This document shows positions 57,850 to 64,000 of a stretch of DNA of 64,000 nucleotides, piece after piece (position 1 is the stretch's first letter; each line of letters starts with the position of its first letter). Location of the stretch: the NCBI GenBank assembly GCA_963804645.1, contig CAWDRG010000001.1, positions 32,001 to 96,000 of the forward strand, written 5' to 3'. A model generated the notes under the pieces. The model saw nothing but the letters and a program-made list of their open reading frames with translations, ran no database searches and was not told the DNA's origin. Source of the DNA: an uncultured Bacillota bacterium (GTDB lineage: Bacteria > Sysuimicrobiota > Sysuimicrobiia > Sysuimicrobiales > Segetimicrobiaceae). The position numbers and the translations under genes are program-made.

Positions 57850-60627
57850 CTACTTGTCGCGGGCGGCGCGCGTCTTCTTCTCCTTGAGGACCGCCTGGGC
57901 GGCCGCCAACCGGGCCGTCGGCACGCGGTACGGCGAGCAGCTGACGTAGCTGAGCCCCGCCCGGTGACAAAACTCCACGCTCGCGGGATCCCCACCGTGC
58001 TCCCCGCAGATGCCGAGCTCCAGATCCGAGCGCGTCCCGCGCCCGAGCCGGACCGCGAGATCGATCATCGCCCCGACACCCTTCACATCAAGCACCTGGA
58101 ACGGGTTCTCGGGCAGGATCTTCTGGGTGACGTACTGGAGGAGGAACTTGCCCTCCGCGTCGTCCCGGCTGAAGCCGAAGATGAGCTGCGTCAGGTCGTT
58201 GCTGCCGAACGAGAAGAACTCCGCGACCTGCGCGATCTCGTCGGCCACGATGCACGCGCGCGGGATCTCGATCATCGTGCCAAACTTGTACTTAACCCGC
58301 ACGCCCTGCTCGGCCATCACCTTGTCCGCCAGCGGGCGCACCCGGTCCTCGACGAGCTTCAACTCGTTCACGTGGCCCACCAGCGGCACCATGATCTCGG
58401 GGTGCGTGCGGACCCCCTCCTTGGCCAGCGCGCACGCCGCCTCGAGGATCGCCCGCACCTGCATGTCGATGATCCCTGGGAACAGGATCCCGAGCCGGAT
58501 CCCACGGAGGCCGAGCATCGGGTTCTGCTCGCGCATCTTGCCGACCTCGCGCAGGAGACGCTCCTTCTCCGCCAGCTTCGCCGGGTCGTTCCCGCGGACC
58601 CGCAGCTCGGTCACCTCGACCAGCAGGTCGTCGTACTGCGGGAGAAACTCATGCAGCGGCGGATCGATCAGGCGAATCACGACGGTCTTTCCGCGCATCG
58701 CCCGCAGGATGCCGACAAAATCCTTCCGCTGGATCGGCAGCAGCTCGTCCAGCGCCTGCTGCCGCTCGGCATCGGTCTCCGCGAGGATCATCCGGTGGAC
58801 GATCGGAAGCCGGTCCTCCTCGAAGAACATGTGCTCCGTCCGGCACAGCCCGACCCCTTCCGCCCCGAACGCGAGGGCCCGCTCCGCGTCCCGAGGGTAG
58901 TCCGCGTTCGCCCACACCCCGAGCCGCCGCGTCTTGTCCGCCCACCCGAGCAGGGTCTGCAGGTCGCGGTCCTTGCTCACGTCCGGGTCGATCGTCCGGA
59001 TCGCGCGCCCGAACACCTCGCCCGTGGTGCCGTCGATCGAGATCGCATCACCCTGGTGCACCACCTGGCCATTGACGCTGAACTGGCCGGCCTGCGGGTC
59101 CACGCGAATCGCCTCTGCGCCGGCGACGCACGGCTTCCCCAGCCCCCGCGCGACCACCGCGGCGTGACTGGTGGCGCCGCCGCGCGCGGTCAGAATCCCG
59201 CGGGCGACGAGCATCCCGTGCACGTCGTCGGGGTTCGTCTCGGGCCGGACGAGGATGACCGCCTTCCCATGCTGCCCGATCTCCACCGCCGCGTCCGGAT
59301 CGAACACCGCGACGCCGGTCGCGGCCCCCGGCGAGGCGTTGAGCCCTTTCGTCAGCAGCTTGCCCTCGCGCTCGGCGGCGGATTTGTCCTCGGGATCAAA
59401 GCGCGGCAGCAGCAGCTGGTAGATCTGGTCCGGCTCGACGCGGAGCAGCGCCTCGTCCTTGGAGATCAGCTTCTCCCGCACCATGTCGACCGCGATTTTG
59501 ACCGCGGCCTGGGCCGTCCGCTTCCCGCTGCGGGTCTGCAGCATCCACAGCTTTCCGCGTTCAACGGTGAACTCGAGGTCCTGCACGTCCTTGTAGTGCC
59601 GCTCAAGCATCTCGGCGACCTTTTGAAACTGCGCATAGACGCTCGGCATCTCGGTCCGCATCTGCGAGATCGGGTGCGGCGTCCGGGTCCCGGCGACCAC
59701 GTCCTCGCCCTGGGCGTTCGGCAGGTACTCGCCATACAGCACCCGCTCGCCGGTCGCGGGATTGCGGGTGAACGCGACGCCGGTCGCGCTGTTGTCGCCC
59801 ATGTTCCCGAACACCATCGCCTGCACGTTCACGGCGGTGCCCAGGTCGTGCGGGATCTTGTTGTAATTGCGGTAGTCGACCGCGCGCTTCCCCATCCAGG
59901 AATCGAACACCGCGCGGATCGCCATCTCGAGCTGGGCCCAGGGGTCCGTCGGGAACTCGACCGACCGCTCGCGGCGGATCAGCTCGACGAACGCCCGCGC
60001 GATCTCGCGCAGGTCCTGGGCGCTGAGGTCCGTGTCCACGTGCGCGCCGACGCGCCGCTTGTGCGCCTCGATGATCGCCTCGAACTTCTCACCGGGGATG
60101 TCGAGCACGATCTTCCCGAACATCTGGACGAACCGCCGGTGCGCGTCCTGCGCAAAGCGCTCGTCGCCGGTGAGGGCGGCGAGGCCCCGCAGTGTCTCCT
60201 CGTTGAGGCCGAGGTTCAGCACGGTGTCCATCATGCCCGGCATCGAGAACTGCGCCCCGGAGCGGACGGAGACCAGCAGGGGGTTCGCCGGATCGCCGAA
60301 CCGCTTCCCCATCTTCTTCTCCACCACCCCGAGCGCCCGGCGGACGTCGTCCATCAGCCCCGGCGGGAACTTACGGCCCTGCGCGTTGTAGAGGTTGCAG
60401 ACTTCGGTCGTGATCGTGAACCCGGGCGGCACGGGAAGCCCGACCCGGCTCATCTCGGCGAGACCCGCGCCCTTGCCGCCGAGCAGCTCGCGCATGGACG
60501 CGTTGCCTGCCGTGAATACCCAAATCGCTTTGTGCGCCAGGCCCTTCGGCCGTGCCGCGGCTTTACCGCCGCCCCGCACCGCCGGTGCGCGACGCCGGGT
60601 GGTCTTCACCCGAGTACCAACTGCCAT
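57850..60627 (-). CDS. ppdK: Pyruvate, phosphate dikinase
   Basis: LLGGKGA.L, SMPGMMDT, GEDVVAG, TSHAAVVARG, GLCRTEHMF, GEHGGDP. Confidence 0.98.
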   Translation of the reverse strand: MAVGTRVKTTRRRAPAVRGGGKAAARPKGLAHKAIWVFTAGNASMRELLGGKGAGLAEMSRVGLPVPPGFTITTEVCNLYNAQGRKFPPGLMDDVRRALGVVEKKMGKRFGDPANPLLVSVRSGAQFSMPGMMDTVLNLGLNEETLRGLAALTGDERFAQDAHRRFVQMFGKIVLDIPGEKFEAIIEAHKRRVGAHVDTDLSAQDLREIARAFVELIRRERSVEFPTDPWAQLEMAIRAVFDSWMGKRAVDYRNYNKIPHDLGTAVNVQAMVFGNMGDNSATGVAFTRNPATGERVLYGEYLPNAQGEDVVAGTRTPHPISQMRTEMPSVYAQFQKVAEMLERHYKDVQDLEFTVERGKLWMLQTRSGKRTAQAAVKIAVDMVREKLISKDEALLRVEPDQIYQLLLPRFDPEDKSAAEREGKLLTKGLNASPGAATGVAVFDPDAAVEIGQHGKAVILVRPETNPDDVHGMLVARGILTARGGATSHAAVVARGLGKPCVAGAEAIRVDPQAGQFSVNGQVVHQGDAISIDGTTGEVFGRAIRTIDPDVSKDRDLQTLLGWADKTRRLGVWANADYPRDAERALAFGAEGVGLCRTEHMFFEEDRLPIVHRMILAETDAERQQALDELLPIQRKDFVGILRAMRGKTVVIRLIDPPLHEFLPQYDDLLVEVTELRVRGNDPAKLAEKERLLREVGKMREQNPMLGLRGIRLGILFPGIIDMQVRAILEAACALAKEGVRTHPEIMVPLVGHVNELKLVEDRVRPLADKVMAEQGVRVKYKFGTMIEIPRACIVADEIAQVAEFFSFGSNDLTQLIFGFSRDDAEGKFLLQYVTQKILPENPFQVLDVKGVGAMIDLAVRLGRGTRSDLELGICGEHGGDPASVEFCHRAGLSYVSCSPYRVPTARLAAAQAVLKEKKTRAARDK

Positions 60628-60790
60628 GATGGAGTCACCTCTCCCGTGGAAAATCTCAGTCTCCTAGTGGTGCGAGTCCTTGTTCCAGCGATACCGCCTC
60701 GCCGGCCCCGCGTCGTGCAGGCACGCGCACAGGACACGACCTTGTGTCACACACTATAGACTCGTACCACTAGTAGTCTAACAGACGGGG

Positions 60791-62980
60791 TTAGGCAGAT
60801 GTGGCGGGTTTGGCGTCCCCGACGACCACACGGGTCAGGTCCGCGTAGGGACGGACGAGGTCGACCACCTCGGCAAGCAGCGCGAGCCGGTTCCGGCGCA
60901 CCGCCTCATCGGGGTCCATGACCAGCACGTCGGTGAAGAACCGATCGACGGCGGGGGCCGCGCCGGAAAGCCTCGCGAGCGTCGCCTCATACCGCCCAGA
61001 CAGCGCGTCCGCGTCCTCACCGGAGGCGGCCGACGCGCCACCCCGCTGCCAGATGGCGCCGAGCGCGTGCCCGATCGAGTGGACCGCCTCGCGCAGTCCC
61101 TGCTCCGCAGGTACGCGGATCAACTCCGCCTGCGGCTCCCCCACAAATCCCTTCGGCACGATGCGGGATGCGCGGTCGAACGCGGCGTACAGGCCGGCAA
61201 ACTCCGGCCGCCTCCGAAACGCCGCGAGCGCCCGCGCCCGCGCGGCGGCCGCCACGGCGTCCTGCGGGTCGATCGGAGCCGGCGCGAACGGGCCGCTCGC
61301 GCTCGCCTCGAGCGCCGCGTCTACCACGTCGTAACTGATCCCCTCTTCGATCAGCACGGTCCGCAGCCGCTGCCGAAGAAAGACCAGCGTCTCCGTCTCG
61401 ACGTGGGCCTGCCGCGCCGCGTCGGTGACCCCGTACGCCGCGAGCGCGGCCCGGCACATGACGGCCAGGCTGAGGCGGATGTTTTGCGCGAGCACGATCG
61501 CGATGATGCCGTTGGCCGCGCGCCTGAGCCCGTAGGGATCCTGGGACCCGGTCGGCACGAGACCGACCGACAGCGCCCCGACGAGCGTGTCGAGCTTGTC
61601 CAAGAGCGCGAGCGACGCGCCGGCGGCCGTGCGGGGCAGGTCCGCCCCCCGCGGCAGGTATTGGTCCCGAATCGCGTCCCCGACCCCCTCGGGCTCCCCG
61701 TCGAGCCGGGCGTAGATGCCGCCCATGATCCCCTGCAGCTCGGGCAGTTCCCGCACCATTTGGGTGACCAGGTCCGCTTTGCTGAGGTGCGCGGCTCGGG
61801 TGAGGATCGCGACGGCCGCGCTGTCGAGTCCGAGACGCGGTCCGAGCGCGCGTGCCAGCTCCGCGAGCCGGTTGGTCTTCTCCGCCATCGTGCCCAGCTT
61901 CTCGAGAAATACCAGACCGGCGAGGCTCGCCACGCGATCCGCGAGCGTCCGCTTGCGGTCGTCCTCGAAGAAAAAGCGCGCGTCGGCCAGGCGCGCCCGC
62001 AGCACCCACTCGTTGCCCTCGCGCACGATCTCGAGCCCGCGCGCGTCACCGTTGCGCACGGCGAGAAACGCGGGCATCAGCGTGTGGTGCGCGTCCTCGA
62101 TCGCGAAGTATTTTTGGTGATGCTGCATCACCGTGATCAGCACTTCGCGCGGGAGCTCGAGGAAGTCGTCCGCAAACCGACCGGCAAACACCATGGGCAG
62201 CTCGACGAGCTGCACAGTCTCGTGCAGCAGCTCCTCGTCCAGCACCGGGTGCCCCCCGACGGCCGCGGCCTCGTCGCGGGCGGCCTTCACGATGCGCTCC
62301 CGCCGCTCGGAAGGGTCCAGCAGGACCGACCCGCCGCGCAGCGCATCGTCGTAGGCGGCGGCGTCCGGGACGCTGATCGGCCTCGGGTGCAGGCTGCGAT
62401 GGCCGCGCGTCTTGCGTCCCGCGCGCACCCCGGCGAATTCGCACGCCACGACCTGCCGGCCGAACAGCGCCACGAGCCACCGGACCGGCCGCGCGAACCG
62501 GACGGTCCCCGTCCCCCAGCGCATCGGCTTCGAGAACGACAGCCCGCCCGCGAGCTTCGGCAGCAGCTCGGCGAGCACGGCGACCGTCGGCGCGCCGGGC
62601 TCCCGGCGAACGGCGTAGACGTACTCGCCCTGGGGGGTTGCGCGGCGCTCGAGCGCGCCGGCACCCACCCCCTGCGCGCGCGCAAATCCCTCGGCGGCCG
62701 GGGACGGGCGTCCGTCGGGCGTGAACGCGACCTTGACGGCGGGACCGCGGACCTCGCGGACCAGATCCGCCTGACGCGCCGCCACCCCTTCGGCGATGAG
62801 CACGAGCCGCCGAGGAGTCGAGTACGCCGTGACGTTCCCCGTCGCGATCCGCGCCGACCTGAGCTCGGCCTCGGCCGCATCCCGCAGTTGACGGGCGCCG
62901 TCCCACGCGGCCTGCGGCGGCAGCTCTTCCGTGCCGATCTCAAACACGAGCCGCCGCGCGGCGCGCGCCTCAGGCGACAT
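60791..62980 (-). CDS. glyS: Glycine--tRNA ligase beta subunit
   Basis: [18 protein letters not shown]...[31 protein letters not shown]. Confidence 0.97.
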   Translation of the reverse strand: MSPEARAARRLVFEIGTEELPPQAAWDGARQLRDAAEAELRSARIATGNVTAYSTPRRLVLIAEGVAARQADLVREVRGPAVKVAFTPDGRPSPAAEGFARAQGVGAGALERRATPQGEYVYAVRREPGAPTVAVLAELLPKLAGGLSFSKPMRWGTGTVRFARPVRWLVALFGRQVVACEFAGVRAGRKTRGHRSLHPRPISVPDAAAYDDALRGGSVLLDPSERRERIVKAARDEAAAVGGHPVLDEELLHETVQLVELPMVFAGRFADDFLELPREVLITVMQHHQKYFAIEDAHHTLMPAFLAVRNGDARGLEIVREGNEWVLRARLADARFFFEDDRKRTLADRVASLAGLVFLEKLGTMAEKTNRLAELARALGPRLGLDSAAVAILTRAAHLSKADLVTQMVRELPELQGIMGGIYARLDGEPEGVGDAIRDQYLPRGADLPRTAAGASLALLDKLDTLVGALSVGLVPTGSQDPYGLRRAANGIIAIVLAQNIRLSLAVMCRAALAAYGVTDAARQAHVETETLVFLRQRLRTVLIEEGISYDVVDAALEASASGPFAPAPIDPQDAVAAAARARALAAFRRRPEFAGLYAAFDRASRIVPKGFVGEPQAELIRVPAEQGLREAVHSIGHALGAIWQRGGASAASGEDADALSGRYEATLARLSGAAPAVDRFFTDVLVMDPDEAVRRNRLALLAEVVDLVRPYADLTRVVVGDAKPATSA

Positions 62981-63854
62981 GGTGGGGAGTGCCGAGGAGC
63001 GGCCAGCCGAGCTCCTCCCGGCGGGCGAGGTAGCGCTCGGCGCAGCCGCGGGCGAGCGTCCGGCACCGCGCCATCAGGCTGGCCCGCTCAGCGACGCCGA
63101 CGGCGCCGCGTGCGTCGAGCAGATTGAACGTGTGCGAGCAGCGCAGCACGTGCTCGTATGCCGGAACGACCAGGCCCTGTCCAAGCAGCCGGGCAGCCTC
63201 GCGCTCGCTCGCGTCGAACTCCTGGCGCAGGGTGGCGACGTCGGCGGCTTCGAACGCGTACGTGGAGTGCTGGAACTCGTCGTCGCGCCGAATCTCTCCG
63301 TACGTGACGCCCGGCGCCCACTCGAGATCGAAGATGCTGGCCTTCCGCTGCTCAAACTGCGCGATGCGCTCCAACCCGTAGGTCAGCTCGACCGGCACGA
63401 CCGGGAGCTCGAGGCCGCCGGCCTGCTGGAAATACGTAAACTGGCTGATTTCCTGCCCATCGAGAAACACTTGCCACCCCACCCCGGCCGCTCCCAGGGT
63501 CTGATCGGCCCAGTCGTCCTCGAGAAACCGGAGATCGTGGTCGCGCAGCGCAAGCCCGAGCGCGGCGAGGCTGCCAAGGTACAGGTCTTGGGGGTCGTCG
63601 GGAGACGGCTTGAGCACGACCTGGTACTGGTGATGGAGAAACAGACGATTCGGATTCTGCCCGTACCGGCCGTCGGCCGGCCGGCGGCTCGGCTGCACGT
63701 ACGCGGCCTTCCACGGCTCCGGGCCGAGCACGCGCAAGAATGTCGCCGGGTGCATCGTGCCGGCGCCGACCTCGACGTCGTACGGCTGCGCGATGACACA
63801 TCCCTGAGCGGCCCAATACCGCTCCAGGGCCAGAATGAGGTCCTGAAAAGTCAT
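62970..63854 (-). CDS. glyQ: Glycine--tRNA ligase alpha subunit
   Basis: [48 protein letters not shown]. Confidence 0.97.
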   Translation of the reverse strand: MTFQDLILALERYWAAQGCVIAQPYDVEVGAGTMHPATFLRVLGPEPWKAAYVQPSRRPADGRYGQNPNRLFLHHQYQVVLKPSPDDPQDLYLGSLAALGLALRDHDLRFLEDDWADQTLGAAGVGWQVFLDGQEISQFTYFQQAGGLELPVVPVELTYGLERIAQFEQRKASIFDLEWAPGVTYGEIRRDDEFQHSTYAFEAADVATLRQEFDASEREAARLLGQGLVVPAYEHVLRCSHTFNLLDARGAVGVAERASLMARCRTLARGCAERYLARREELGWPLLGTPHHVA

Positions 63855-63922
63855 GAGGGCCTCCTGCGGCTGTCCGGGTCCCCGCGCGGAGGCACCGCGG
63901 AACGGGGGTGGGTCGAGATGCC

Positions 63923-64000
63923 CTAGCCGATCCCGATCGGCTCTTCCTCTCGCTCGCGCCGCAGCGGCAGCGAACTCAGCATCGTGGCGATCGCAAACGC
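63923..64000 (-). CDS. 3' end of an unidentified gene ([25 protein letters not shown]), truncated by the window edge
   Basis: Open frame from the edge to TAG at 63923-63925. Confidence 0.5.
   Translation of the reverse strand, partial: AFAIATMLSSLPLRREREEEPIGIG

Noticed and set aside
1..64000. CRISPR array, rRNA or dispersed REP family
   Set aside because: I saw no regularly spaced repeats or rRNA signatures, and the intergenic GC hairpins do not share sequence by eye

Overview
High-GC (about 70% by eye) bacterial chromosomal window with roughly 55 genes, mostly core and metabolic. Core genes are nadA, gltX, spoVS, prfB (with the canonical +1 frameshift), lnt, secA, ahcY, rpoD-dnaG, an A1-type cytochrome c oxidase operon, dgt, ppdK, glyQ and glyS, plus tRNA-Glu(CTC) and tRNA-Gln(CTG). 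Gene order and content look Firmicutes-like (glyQS-ppdK-dgt...dnaG-rpoD, secA...prfB, spoVS, csaB-tagA), but the window also carries lnt. This suggests a Terrabacteria lineage such as Armatimonadota-related CSP1-3/Sysuimicrobiota (inference only). I saw no CRISPR array, rRNA, integrase or prophage. The only mobile-element gene is a solitary IS200/IS605 tnpA with an altered HUH motif. Two genes carry single frameshifts that may be assembly errors. Best leads: (1) a recurring RGGA-N18-GAAT sigma-H-like promoter upstream of seven genes, including spoVS and dnaG-rpoD; (2) an Lnt fused to a degenerate CPBP/CAAX-protease-like domain; (3) a Prs homologue with several catalytic motifs replaced; (4) a long structured leader upstream of nadA; (5) an excisionase-type HTH protein with a CxCGC...GHD module and a C-terminal clamp-binding-like QxxLF motif.
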